Below are positions 27,838-37,579 of a stretch of 64,000 nucleotides of DNA, piece after piece; positions within the stretch are counted from its first letter, which is position 1, and every line of letters starts with the position of its first letter. Source of the DNA: an uncultured virus (IMG/VR IMGVR_UViG_3300009110_000302) (Duplodnaviria > Heunggongvirae > Uroviricota > Caudoviricetes); the IMG/VR virus record IMGVR_UViG_3300009110_000302, positions 1 to 64,000 of that record. One strand, given 5' to 3'. The notes under the pieces are model-generated. The model was not told where the DNA came from. It searched no databases and was given only the letters and a program-made list of their open reading frames with translations. A program made the translations under genes and the position numbers.

Positions 27838-30204
27838 ATGAATACTAATTCAAAAGATAAGGGAGACTTAACAATAGTAACTGGAATATGGGATTTGAAA
27901 AGGTCTGAAGCCGGGGAGGGCTTCAAGAGACCTTTCTCTCATTACGTAGAGAATTTTGTGAAGCTGTTAAAAACAGACGTGAACATGTATATTTATATTG
28001 AGAAAGAATATGAAGATCTAGTTTGGGAGCATAGAAGCGTAGAAAATACTTACGTACATATTAAAGAGGTCGAGGAGTTTAAAAAATTTGACTTTTACGA
28101 TAAGGTCCAAGAGATAAGGAAAAGCGAGGAATGGCTTACGGCGACGGGAAGCACTTGGCTTAGAGATAGCACTCAGGCTACGCTAGAGTTTTATAATCCA
28201 ATGGTTATGAGTAAAATGTTCATGCTCAACGATGCAGTAATAAGCAACCCTTTCGACACGGATTACTTTGCTTGGATTGATGGGGGCATTACGAATACTG
28301 TTCACGAAGGATACTTTACGCATGATAAGGTTTTCGATAAGGTCGCGCCCCTATTGAAAAAGTTTTTCTTTTTATGTTTTCCTTATGAGACAGATTATGA
28401 AATCCATGGCTTCCCAATTAAAGAAATGGATAAGAAGGCGGGGGAACATGTAAACAGAGTTGCTAGAGGAGGATTTTTTGGAGGGCATAAAAAGTATATA
28501 CCTGAGGTGAACGCTATGTATCATGGACTTTTAAAGTCCTCTATAGAGGGAGGCCTTATGGGTACGGAGGAAAGCATATTCTCTTTGATGACTTACCTGA
28601 ATCCTAAAACTTGCAAGTACTACCCTATAGAAGAGAACGGGTTGATAAGTAAGTTTTTTGAAGACTTAAAAAACAACGATATCGAGATCGAAAGCTCTGA
28701 CACTAATTTATATGTTGTGACATTTAATTTCCCAGACCAATTGGAATACTTGCTTGACTCTTACAAGGAGACGGGATTTTTAAATGAAACGAAAAAATAT
28801 TTAATTAATAATTCTACAGACGACTCAACAGACGCAGCTTATCAAGAGATTTGTGATAGGTATGGTTTTAAACATCTAAAGCAAGAAGAAAATATAGGTA
28901 TTTGTGGAGCTAGACAATACGCTGCTGAACATTTTGCAGAAACGAATTCGCAGTATATGATTTTTCTTGAAGATGACATGCTTTTGAAACGCGCGAATGA
29001 TTCGTCTCTGTGTCAGATGGGCTTCACTTCTCACTCGGAAAATCTTTATGAAAAATTATTAAACATCATGAGTGAAGAGAAATATCACTTTCTCAAATTT
29101 TCATTTACTGAATTTTATGGGACGAACTCCAATCAGTGGGCTTGGTATAATGTACCTCAAGATAAAAGAGAGGAGTATTGGCCAGAGTACAATAAATTGC
29201 CAGAGTTCGGTTTAGACCCAAACTGTCCTTTAACTAATTTTAAAAATATAAAATCCAAAGACGGATTACCTTATGCTGATGGAGAGATTTATTATTGTAA
29301 TTGGCCTCAAATTATTAGCAAAGAAGGGAGTAAGAGAATGTTCTTGGAAACTGTATGGAGAACCCCTCATGAGCAAACTTGGATGTCTCACATTTTCCAG
29401 CTAATCAAAGCGGAAAAAGTCAGAGGGGGGATACTCTTAGCTTCTCCAATATTTCATGATCGAAAATATCATTACAAAGCTGAAGAAAGGGTTGAGTCAC
29501 GAGCAACTGAACAACCGTATTACCTAAACGAAGAGACTCAAGAGGAAGAGCAGCAAGAAGAACCAGCCCAAGTAATAACAGGAGGATTCACTGTGCGCAC
29601 CGAGGACTTATCGGGACATCCGTACGATATCATGACAATGCAGAACGACGGGGTCAAAGAGGTTTTCCCTAACTTTTTAGAGCAAGTTAAACCTAAAAGA
29701 ATAGTAGAAATTGGGACATTCGCAGGAGGGCTTACCTTATTGCTTAGAGGCATGTTGGATGAACTAGGATTAAACGATACCCATATTAAAACCTTTGAGT
29801 ATCTTGATAGTGATTTCTCTCACATTTTTGATGGGAAAAATATTGAGTCTGTCGCGGGAGTTAATATTTTTGATGAAGAATTTAATTTAATTAAGTCAGA
29901 GTATGTGGATGAGTATATCAAAGGCGACGGAACAACCGTGGTTTTATGTGATGGAGGAAGAAAGAGTAAAGAGTTCCAACAGCTGAGTCCTCTCTTAAAA
30001 GAGGGGGACATTATAATGGTTCACGACTACATCGATACAGAAAAGAATTTTCACAGCAACTTTAAAAATAAAATTTGGAACTGGCACGAGGTCTCGCAAA
30101 ATATGCTGGAAGAAGATTGCGAGAAAAATAATTTATATCCATTTTTTGAAGAAGAAATGAAACGAGTAGTGTGGGGCTGCTTCAGGAAGGGCAATAAAAA
30201 TTAA
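27838..30204 (+). CDS. Fusion of HtrL/YibB-like, GT-A and SAM-methyltransferase-like domains
   Basis: TIVTG.WD..R and NPFDTDYFAWIDGG (HtrL-like); FLEDD (DxD); IVEIGTFAGG...CDGG..HDY. Confidence 0.7.
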   Translation: MNTNSKDKGDLTIVTGIWDLKRSEAGEGFKRPFSHYVENFVKLLKTDVNMYIYIEKEYEDLVWEHRSVENTYVHIKEVEEFKKFDFYDKVQEIRKSEEWLTATGSTWLRDSTQATLEFYNPMVMSKMFMLNDAVISNPFDTDYFAWIDGGITNTVHEGYFTHDKVFDKVAPLLKKFFFLCFPYETDYEIHGFPIKEMDKKAGEHVNRVARGGFFGGHKKYIPEVNAMYHGLLKSSIEGGLMGTEESIFSLMTYLNPKTCKYYPIEENGLISKFFEDLKNNDIEIESSDTNLYVVTFNFPDQLEYLLDSYKETGFLNETKKYLINNSTDDSTDAAYQEICDRYGFKHLKQEENIGICGARQYAAEHFAETNSQYMIFLEDDMLLKRANDSSLCQMGFTSHSENLYEKLLNIMSEEKYHFLKFSFTEFYGTNSNQWAWYNVPQDKREEYWPEYNKLPEFGLDPNCPLTNFKNIKSKDGLPYADGEIYYCNWPQIISKEGSKRMFLETVWRTPHEQTWMSHIFQLIKAEKVRGGILLASPIFHDRKYHYKAEERVESRATEQPYYLNEETQEEEQQEEPAQVITGGFTVRTEDLSGHPYDIMTMQNDGVKEVFPNFLEQVKPKRIVEIGTFAGGLTLLLRGMLDELGLNDTHIKTFEYLDSDFSHIFDGKNIESVAGVNIFDEEFNLIKSEYVDEYIKGDGTTVVLCDGGRKSKEFQQLSPLLKEGDIIMVHDYIDTEKNFHSNFKNKIWNWHEVSQNMLEEDCEKNNLYPFFEEEMKRVVWGCFRKGNKN

Positions 30205-30235
30205 TATTAATAGATCAGACGTTCTCTCTCAGTCA

Positions 30236-31552
30236 TTGGATTTTTTCCCAGAAGAATGGGTGAAAAATTTCCCGTGGCTGTCTGGCGTCGACAATGGTGT
30301 GGCGGACCCCCAGTATAGGTTATTAAAATATTTATCCAGCATCCATGACGGAGTAACTATATTAGATTTTGGGACAAGCCAAGGTCATTCAGCTTTAGCT
30401 TTAGCTCAGAACAAAAGCAATAAAGTTATTACTTATGGCCTTAATCTTAATGGCGGGGCGGTTTCTCTTCTGGGCAAAGCTCCTAATGTTGAAATCGCAG
30501 CCCTTTCCGTCCAAGAAATAGAAGAGGAAGTGATTCTTTCTTCTTCATTCGTATTCTTGGATCTTGACCCTCATGATGGCATACAGGAGGCGGGGGTCAT
30601 TGAAAGACTAAAGTCGATTGGCTACAAGGGGTTTGTCGTGTGTGATGATATTAACTGGCCAGCAGGTATGAAAGAATGGTGGGATAGTGTCGACTTAAAT
30701 AAATATGACGTTACGGAAGTAGGACACGCTTCAGGAACAGGAATAATATCTTTTAGTAATGAAGAGTTCAATGTCATACAGGATAGAAAAAAGGATTATA
30801 ATTATTGCTTCACCGCCTTAGCGATAGGCAAAGAGTACGAAGATCTGTCTGTAAAGCGCTACAATTCCCTAAGAGAAAAAACTAAATCGTGTGATTTTCA
30901 TTTAACAGTCAATAATTCAGAACTGCAAGACTTGGGAGACAGGGCTTTCCTGAACGAGTTACATTTGGACAAATTTAGAGACGAGGGGAGGCCGCAGTTT
31001 GGTTGTTATTTAAATATGAAGTGTCTTGCTCTCAAAGCGACTTTAGAAAAATATTCTGGAAAGCATTATGATTATATAGTATACACAGATGGAGATTGGC
31101 AAATGCATGACAAATTTGAAGAAGAAAAAGTTTTTAAATGCTTTGATTTACTAGAAGAAAATGAAAATTTAGATTTCATTTACGAAAGACCCGGCACCGT
31201 TGGCGACCACAAAAAAACTCCCGACAATTTAAGGCAGGCGTGGGCTACGGTAAAAATTGAAGACTACAACCTTCGGGATCATGACCTTTGGGATGATGCG
31301 ATAATGCCCAATGAGCAGATTTATATATTTAAAAATAGTTGGAAATTTAAAATGTTTGTTCAAGAGTGGGAAAAATTTTTGTGGTATACCGTAGCGAATA
31401 ACATGGATAATTTTGGAGAGTGCTTCGAGACAGGAGTATCAGCTCTATTGGCGGGGATGAAAGGTACGTGGCATCCTTTTCATAGCGGTTCCGTATTAAG
31501 TCAGTGTTTTTATTTTTACTGTAGGAATGGGATACGCCATGAAAGATTTTAA
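30236..31552 (+). CDS. Methyltransferase-like domain fused to a GT-A-like domain
   Basis: ILDFGTSQGHSA, LDLDPHDG, DDI, GH.SGTG, then YTDGD. Paralog of 52001. The start may be the non-canonical codon at 30194. Confidence 0.65.
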   Translation: MDFFPEEWVKNFPWLSGVDNGVADPQYRLLKYLSSIHDGVTILDFGTSQGHSALALAQNKSNKVITYGLNLNGGAVSLLGKAPNVEIAALSVQEIEEEVILSSSFVFLDLDPHDGIQEAGVIERLKSIGYKGFVVCDDINWPAGMKEWWDSVDLNKYDVTEVGHASGTGIISFSNEEFNVIQDRKKDYNYCFTALAIGKEYEDLSVKRYNSLREKTKSCDFHLTVNNSELQDLGDRAFLNELHLDKFRDEGRPQFGCYLNMKCLALKATLEKYSGKHYDYIVYTDGDWQMHDKFEEEKVFKCFDLLEENENLDFIYERPGTVGDHKKTPDNLRQAWATVKIEDYNLRDHDLWDDAIMPNEQIYIFKNSWKFKMFVQEWEKFLWYTVANNMDNFGECFETGVSALLAGMKGTWHPFHSGSVLSQCFYFYCRNGIRHERF

Positions 31553-32252
31553 AGACAAAATAATTTCTTTTAGTCTGTATAATCACCCTTCTAAAGCGGG
31601 CGACCTAACTTATTACATTGGGGCTGAAAAAAATTTAAAGTTAAATAATCGTTTTTTACCTGATTGGAAAACGGTCATTTATTATCATAAAGACAGAATT
31701 GATGAGGAGTGGGTTCCTAAACTTGCTGATCTAGGAGCTTGTATGATTGAAGTGTCAGAAAACGAGCGTTTAAAGGGGGAGCTTTCAACTATGCAGGATA
31801 TGATGTGGAGACTTTTAAGCATTTATGAAGAAAATGTATGCATAATTAGAGACTTAGATAGTAGAATGACTCAGAGAGAAGCGAATTATATAAATGATTG
31901 GCTTAATTCCGAGTGTAAATATTTCATAATAAGGGATCATCCTTGGCACGCGTCAGTTCCCGGTGGCTTATTCGGGATTAAAGGGGCGGATAAAAAGCTT
32001 GAGGATCATATTTCTGATTTCTTAAAAAATAATGAGCTTGTTTGGGGATCAGACCAAGAAATGTTAGCCCTTTACAGAGAGAACAATATTGATGATAAAG
32101 ATTTATATTATTGTGGTTACGATGATCAAAAAAATTATATACCAAGAGATGATAAAGGTTTTTTCATAGGGGTACAGGTTGACGAGAACGATAAAATAAC
32201 TAAAGAGAATTCAATATTAGCATTAGAAATGTTAGAGGAGATGAACCTATGA
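31539..32252 (+). CDS. Putative glycosyltransferase, GT-A-like
   Basis: IISFSLY, MMWR, IIRDLDSR...RE, RDHP.H, DQ..L; lies in the glycan cluster. Confidence 0.6.
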   Translation: MKDFKDKIISFSLYNHPSKAGDLTYYIGAEKNLKLNNRFLPDWKTVIYYHKDRIDEEWVPKLADLGACMIEVSENERLKGELSTMQDMMWRLLSIYEENVCIIRDLDSRMTQREANYINDWLNSECKYFIIRDHPWHASVPGGLFGIKGADKKLEDHISDFLKNNELVWGSDQEMLALYRENNIDDKDLYYCGYDDQKNYIPRDDKGFFIGVQVDENDKITKENSILALEMLEEMNL

Positions 32253-32941
32253 TTAAAAATTGGAAATACGGGCCATGCTATGGAGCAGGAAGGCCCTTTA
32301 TAAAAGAATACATAAAAGAAAATAATTTTAATACTATAGACGTTGGTGCGTCAGCACGTTATTGGTCTTACCCCGAGTGTAAAGTCGTTGTGGATAGTTA
32401 TCACCCAAATTATTTTGCGCAAGCACTCGGCCGCCCAAATCCTAATTATCAAGATGTTTTATTTTTCGATTTAAATATCGAAGATGTGGACAGTTGGAAC
32501 GAGATATTAGAGTACGTAGACGATAATGATAAGTTCGATTTTTCGATTTGCTCACATACATTAGAGGATGTTTTCAATCCGATTGACCTCGCTCGGATGT
32601 TGGAAAAAGTATCACATCGAGGCTACATCGCAGTGCCTTCAAAATATGATGAACTTACAAACCTCTTTGGCCACCCTTACAGGGGTAACGCGCATCATAA
32701 GCAAATATTTGACGTTGTTGAGGATGAATTAGTTATATATCCTAAATTCTCTTGGATAGAAACGGATGGAAGAAGTGATAAAATTGTAGAAAATTCTTTG
32801 GGTCCTGAATTAGAATTGACATGGGAGGGGGAAATTCCGATAAAGGTATTTCCCTCGCTGCCGCCCAATCTCGCCGGCCATGGAGGTGATGAAGGATTAA
32901 TAAATAGATATTACCAAGAGCTAATGATGAAAAGAAAATAA
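32249..32941 (+). CDS. SAM-dependent methyltransferase-like protein
   Basis: IDVGA, FDFSICSHTLED, GYIAVPS. Confidence 0.65.
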   Translation: MIKNWKYGPCYGAGRPFIKEYIKENNFNTIDVGASARYWSYPECKVVVDSYHPNYFAQALGRPNPNYQDVLFFDLNIEDVDSWNEILEYVDDNDKFDFSICSHTLEDVFNPIDLARMLEKVSHRGYIAVPSKYDELTNLFGHPYRGNAHHKQIFDVVEDELVIYPKFSWIETDGRSDKIVENSLGPELELTWEGEIPIKVFPSLPPNLAGHGGDEGLINRYYQELMMKRK

Positions 32942-32948
32942 AAATATT

Positions 32949-34001
32949 ATGAAAACTATAAAAGTGTCTAGACAGGGGTTCGCTAACTTTGGGTGTCATA
33001 GTTGGCTTAGATATATTATGTTTGTTTTATCTAAAAAATACAACGTTATAATTGACGCCGTTAATCCAGATTTAATTTTGCAAACGAATTGGCAAGTTGA
33101 TTATAACGAGGTAGATCCTCAAACCAAAGAGTTACCTACAGATTTTAAACCAGAAGAAAATAAAAACATAAAATTCTTACGTGTTACAGGGGAAGCGGGT
33201 GCGGATTCCTTCGCACTTAAAGATGAGAATGTTTGGATTATGGACTATCAAAATCTTGATCACCCTAGACATTTAAGGCAACCGTCAGGAGCTTTTGATG
33301 TATGGACTATGTTTGACGAGGCTAGAGTGGTGGATTCTCCTTTGTCTTGGTTGACAGAAAAAAGAGATTATGAAAAAATTAAAGATAGAAATACGGGCCT
33401 CTGTTGCGTAACTCAAAATAGTAATAGTGACCTTAGGGCAAAAATATTTGATAAACTTAGTGAATATAAACAGGTTGTATCTTCTGGTGCTTGGAGAGGT
33501 AATGCGGCAGTAGAAGACAAAGACCAGAATGGAAACATATCAGCACGGAAATGGGGTGACAATCCTATATATAGGGGTAGACATGACGGTTTAGTTTATA
33601 AGGAAAAAATAGAATTTTCTAATAACTATAAGTTTTTCATGGCTATTCATTGGACAGATACAGACTATATTCTTCAAGAGAAAATTTATCATGGGTTTTT
33701 CTCAGGGTGCATACCCTTGTTTTATGGTAATAAATATATTTCTGAAGTGGATAAGTTTAATCCCGATTCTTTTATTAATCTTCATGATTATTGTTCTTCA
33801 GAACAAGGGAAAATACAAGATTGGAAAAATTATCAAGATATAGACCTTGATAAACTTTTAGAAGACGTGAAAGAGATTGATACTAATGAATCTTTACGTA
33901 AAAAATATATAGAGGCTCCTATATTCATAGACAATAAACTTCCGGATTATTATAGCTTCGATTACGTTTTAGACTTCTTAGAGAGAATGATAGAGAGTTA
34001 G
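32949..34001 (+). CDS. GT10 alpha-1,3/4-fucosyltransferase-like protein
   Basis: YK.V.S.G, KIEF..NYKF, YILQEKI, CIPLFYG, FNPDSFINLHD. Confidence 0.75.
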   Translation: MKTIKVSRQGFANFGCHSWLRYIMFVLSKKYNVIIDAVNPDLILQTNWQVDYNEVDPQTKELPTDFKPEENKNIKFLRVTGEAGADSFALKDENVWIMDYQNLDHPRHLRQPSGAFDVWTMFDEARVVDSPLSWLTEKRDYEKIKDRNTGLCCVTQNSNSDLRAKIFDKLSEYKQVVSSGAWRGNAAVEDKDQNGNISARKWGDNPIYRGRHDGLVYKEKIEFSNNYKFFMAIHWTDTDYILQEKIYHGFFSGCIPLFYGNKYISEVDKFNPDSFINLHDYCSSEQGKIQDWKNYQDIDLDKLLEDVKEIDTNESLRKKYIEAPIFIDNKLPDYYSFDYVLDFLERMIES

Positions 34002-34009
34002 CTTGGAGA

Positions 34010-35005
34010 ATGAACATTTTAATAACAGGAGTGGCGGGTCTTTTAGGCTCTAGATTAGCGGATTGGATAATAGAAAATACCGATAATAAAGTTATTGGTA
34101 TTGATGATTTAAGTGGTGGCTATATAGAAAACGTGAACCCAAAGGTCGAATTTCATGAATTTAATTTAATAGACTTAAATAAAGTCGATGAGATTTTTAA
34201 AAATAACCATATAGATATAGTCTATCACTTTGCGGCTTACGCTGCGGAAGGATTAAGTCCCTTTATTAGAAAATTCAATTATGAAAATAATTTGATTTCG
34301 TCTGTGAACTTAATTACAAGCAGTATAAAATATAATATATCCAGATTTGTATTTGCTAGCTCTATGGCTGTGTACGGAGATGAACATAAGCCCCCATTTG
34401 ACGAGGAGTTAACGTTAAGACCCATAGACCCCTATGGAGTAGCAAAGTATTCCGTAGAACAAGATTTAAAAATAGCGCATGAGCAGCACGGTTTAAACTA
34501 TACGATTGTTAGACCTCATAATTTTTACGGCGTTAATCAAAACATTTGGGATAAGTATAGAAACGTATTAGGTATCTGGATGTATCAAATCATGAACGGG
34601 ATGCGACCAACGATCTTTGGTGATGGCTCGCAGAAGAGAGCATTCAGCTACGTAGACGATTCAATTATCCCCCTTTGGAATGCCTCTCAGAAAGATGATT
34701 GCGTAGGCCATGTTATAAACCTAGGAGGAATAGAAGAGTGCTCTATACAGGAAGCCTGCAATACCGTGTTAAAAGTTACAGGGACCGAACTGAAGCCCTC
34801 TTACCATGAATACAGGCATGAAACTAAATATGCTTGGTCTACTTGGCGCAAATCCGCAGAATTACTTGATTTTAAATACGAGACAAGCCTAGAAGAGGGT
34901 CTTACGAAGACATGGGTTTGGGCTCAGGCTCAGCCCAATAGAGAAAGGTTCATTTGGCCCAGCTATGAATTAGAGAAAGGCGTTTACTCTTACTGGAAAA
35001 GATAA
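34010..35005 (+). CDS. NAD-dependent epimerase, UDP-glucose 4-epimerase-like
   Basis: TGVAGLLG, HFAAYAAEG, YGVAK, RPHN.YG. Confidence 0.9.
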   Translation: MNILITGVAGLLGSRLADWIIENTDNKVIGIDDLSGGYIENVNPKVEFHEFNLIDLNKVDEIFKNNHIDIVYHFAAYAAEGLSPFIRKFNYENNLISSVNLITSSIKYNISRFVFASSMAVYGDEHKPPFDEELTLRPIDPYGVAKYSVEQDLKIAHEQHGLNYTIVRPHNFYGVNQNIWDKYRNVLGIWMYQIMNGMRPTIFGDGSQKRAFSYVDDSIIPLWNASQKDDCVGHVINLGGIEECSIQEACNTVLKVTGTELKPSYHEYRHETKYAWSTWRKSAELLDFKYETSLEEGLTKTWVWAQAQPNRERFIWPSYELEKGVYSYWKR

Positions 35006-35021
35006 CTCCATAATGGGGGGC

Positions 35022-35351
35022 TCAATTTACGTTTCGGATACTTTTAATCTGACCCAGTAAATTTGGAGTATTTTCGCATCTAATGTAAGGAACCTGTATT
35101 GTCATAGGGTAATTTAACTCAGTGTCTATTCTAACTCCCTCTATCTTCCATTCTGGTTGGACAAAGTCATCCACAAAGTCAAACCAGCCCTTCTCTTTGA
35201 GGAAGTTATAGTAAAAATCTTCTGCCTTTTTTTCTGCCTCAATGACTACAGAATATCTCAGGGTCTGCTTAGCCTCCATAGTTACGTGGCGAAAGAATAA
35301 CCCTTCTGACGGAGGGTCGGTGCTTAATTTTGCGGAGATTATTAGATTCAT
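35022..35351 (-). CDS. Hypothetical protein
   Basis: Fills the gap on the minus strand and overlaps the upstream minus-strand gene by 4 nt. Confidence 0.65.
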   Translation of the reverse strand: MNLIISAKLSTDPPSEGLFFRHVTMEAKQTLRYSVVIEAEKKAEDFYYNFLKEKGWFDFVDDFVQPEWKIEGVRIDTELNYPMTIQVPYIRCENTPNLLGQIKSIRNVN

Positions 35352-35989
35352 TTATCTGAATTATAAAAATAATAAGGACTGTTGCCGTAAGTTCTATCTA
35401 TATCTTCTGACGTCATTTGATCGCTGAAGATTTTGATTTTAGGTACATTATCTTTATCGTAAGGTACGATAAAGTCTGGGTTATGCCACCTTAATAGGTT
35501 GTTGGGTGGGATGCATAGGTTGCCATCGTCCAAAGCTATGAGGTGATAACATTTACTGTCTTGGTCATTAGAGTAACCCACGTTAAGTTCATTTAAATCT
35601 CCTTCGTAATCATCTATTGTAGTAATGTATTTCCCGCTTCTCCACACCTTATCTCTACAATGGACGTCTACTTTTTTATTTTGCAGGAAAGAGAAAGTTG
35701 TGACTGCTATATTGTTTGATTGGCAATCCCAAGTTTGCAATAGGGAGAGCCTGCGCTCTTCGTCTTCTGATAATACATCAAAATCTTTTTTGTGACAAAA
35801 CGCGGAGATTGGCATCATCCAAAAGTTCGCGCCAAAGTTCGATTGAAAATGAAAATGCATAGGTCTATTGATCATAGACTTGCAGCCGAATATATAACCT
35901 TCCGTTACTCCTCCATCGTCTTTAGGAAATATATATTTATTTCTTATAAAACATTGGACGTATGGTAAGTTAGCGTTTAGTTGACCCAT
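35348..35989 (-). CDS. Phage hypothetical protein (LNANLP...PISAF...WDC...PNN type)
   Basis: Long minus-strand ORF whose motif pattern I recall from marine phage hypotheticals (not searched). Confidence 0.7.
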   Translation of the reverse strand: MGQLNANLPYVQCFIRNKYIFPKDDGGVTEGYIFGCKSMINRPMHFHFQSNFGANFWMMPISAFCHKKDFDVLSEDEERRLSLLQTWDCQSNNIAVTTFSFLQNKKVDVHCRDKVWRSGKYITTIDDYEGDLNELNVGYSNDQDSKCYHLIALDDGNLCIPPNNLLRWHNPDFIVPYDKDNVPKIKIFSDQMTSEDIDRTYGNSPYYFYNSDK

Positions 35990-35995
35990 GTTAGT

Positions 35996-36020
35996 AATTA
36001 CACGGTTAAAAGGTGTAATT
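35996..36020. promoter_or_regulatory. Inverted repeat AATTACAC-N9-GTGTAATT between divergent genes
   Basis: Each half points GTGTAA toward one of the two divergent genes. Confidence 0.55.
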
Positions 36021-36041
36021 TATTTGAAGCTCCCCCACTAG

Positions 36042-36362
36042 ATGAAAGCAATACTGAAGAACCAGATAAAAAGAATAACGAAGAAGGCTCAAGAGGTAGG
36101 TCTTAGGGTAAAAATTCAAGAGTCTTTAGACAATCCTGAGATAATTATGATTGGTTGTCCCAAAAATAAGAAGGTCGTTATGCTCGTGGTGGATCAACTT
36201 TCTAGAGCGACAAAAAATACGTTGAGAGCTTTTACTATTAATTTAAAGAAATGGAACTGGGCAGAGGCTGAAGGGTTTACAGATAAAGACCTAATAGGAA
36301 CGCTTTCTGATCAAGTGTTTAAAGAAATTAAGCTCTCTGAAATAGTCCAAAAACTATCATAA
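36042..36362 (+). CDS. Hypothetical protein
   Basis: ORF from the track. Confidence 0.6.
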   Translation: MKAILKNQIKRITKKAQEVGLRVKIQESLDNPEIIMIGCPKNKKVVMLVVDQLSRATKNTLRAFTINLKKWNWAEAEGFTDKDLIGTLSDQVFKEIKLSEIVQKLS

Positions 36363-36421
36363 GGCTAGTGTCTCCTTTTAAATAAAAATTTGTTTTTCAT
36401 ATCTCCATGTTTATAATAAAC

Positions 36422-36574
36422 ATGAGGGTCAAGAAGGATAAATACTATGTTATTGTAAATAATAAAAATTATGTGCAAGGAGCCTTCCCCTTTACTGAAG
36501 AAGGAAAGAAAGAGGCCCAGAAATACTTAAGAAAAATAAATAAAAATAAAGAATATCACATTGAAGAAAGATAA
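36422..36574 (+). CDS. Small basic protein, 50 aa
   Basis: MRVKKDKYYVIV...; TTGTTT-N16-TATAAT lies just before the ATG. Confidence 0.55.
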   Translation: MRVKKDKYYVIVNNKNYVQGAFPFTEEGKKEAQKYLRKINKNKEYHIEER

Positions 36575-36670
36575 GCCATTATTCGTCATAATGTCTGATT
36601 ATGTGTGAGCCGCTCGCATTTATTTTCTGTACAGACAAGCGGCTTGCTGGTAGATTGGGGTTGAAGTCAG

Positions 36671-36958
36671 ATGACAAAAAAAGAAATAAAAAAACAAGAA
36701 GAGTACCTGAGTCGTCAGTCGGAAATTTTGAACGAGAGTTTAGATTTTTGGCAGATTAAGACTTTAGAACAAGTTAACTGGGTCGATCAGATGCAGAAAA
36801 AATCTCATCTTGAAGATGATGATTTCTTTGCTGACTCCCCTCAAGATGAGGCGACTAAAGAGTTAGATTATTGTATGATGAAACTTCAATGGGAGAATAG
36901 TCAAATGAATAATCTTGACAATAAGATACAATACTTTTTAAAAGAAAAAAATAAATGA
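36671..36958 (+). CDS. Hypothetical helical protein
   Basis: ORF from the track. Confidence 0.55.
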   Translation: MTKKEIKKQEEYLSRQSEILNESLDFWQIKTLEQVNWVDQMQKKSHLEDDDFFADSPQDEATKELDYCMMKLQWENSQMNNLDNKIQYFLKEKNK

Positions 36959-37539
36959 CCTTTGATTACGTTACGTGTGAGTACCCTTTGCCCTTACCAG
37001 AAGAAGAGCGGGAGAATTTCGAAGAGATCGATTGGTCACAGTTCGAATTTCAAACTAACGCTTTTCTTTTATCTAAAGAAGGAGAAGAATTTTTCGGTAT
37101 AGATTCTTACGCTATTGATACCGAAGGCGAAATTTATAAGCAGGTGATGGACAGGCATTATGAAGAGGACGCTCATGGGCTTTTAGATGTTAAAGAGAGT
37201 TTTAGAGGTGTGGAAAGGGTAGATTATACGGGAGAATTAAGCTTTAATGGGCTTCACATACATGAGAAGTATGATTATTTTTTAGAGTTTAAAGCCCTTT
37301 TTTGGAAGGGGGATCTTAAAGAGCTATCTTTAGCGGACTGGAAAAAGGAAGACAATTTTGATAGAGTGAAAGCTCAAAAAACTCTGGAGGAGAAATTCAA
37401 AAACGCTCAGAGGAAAGACGCTGGTTTATTAAAAAAGTTTTGGAATAACTTAATAAAGTTCCCTCTAATGATTGTTAGATATATTTTAGCTGTCTTAATG
37501 AAGGTCTCTTATACCATAGAAAGGTGGTTTTCTCTTTAA
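36955..37539 (+). CDS. Phage hypothetical protein (FDY..C.YPLP...FQT type)
   Basis: N-terminal motif recalled from phage hypotheticals; amphipathic C-terminus. Confidence 0.6.
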   Translation: MTFDYVTCEYPLPLPEEERENFEEIDWSQFEFQTNAFLLSKEGEEFFGIDSYAIDTEGEIYKQVMDRHYEEDAHGLLDVKESFRGVERVDYTGELSFNGLHIHEKYDYFLEFKALFWKGDLKELSLADWKKEDNFDRVKAQKTLEEKFKNAQRKDAGLLKKFWNNLIKFPLMIVRYILAVLMKVSYTIERWFSL

Positions 37540-37545
37540 AAAAAC

Positions 37546-37573
37546 TTGCAAAATGATATTATAAATTTATAAT
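37546..37573 (+). promoter_or_regulatory. sigma70-like promoter, likely leaderless
   Basis: TTGCAA-N16-TATAAT; ATG 6 nt downstream. Confidence 0.65.
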
Positions 37574-37579
37574 ATATAA

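Noticed and set aside
36607..36645. AGCCGCT...AGCGGCT hairpin as a riboswitch or ncRNA
   Set aside because: Only a 7-bp stem with a long loop and no recognisable family features.
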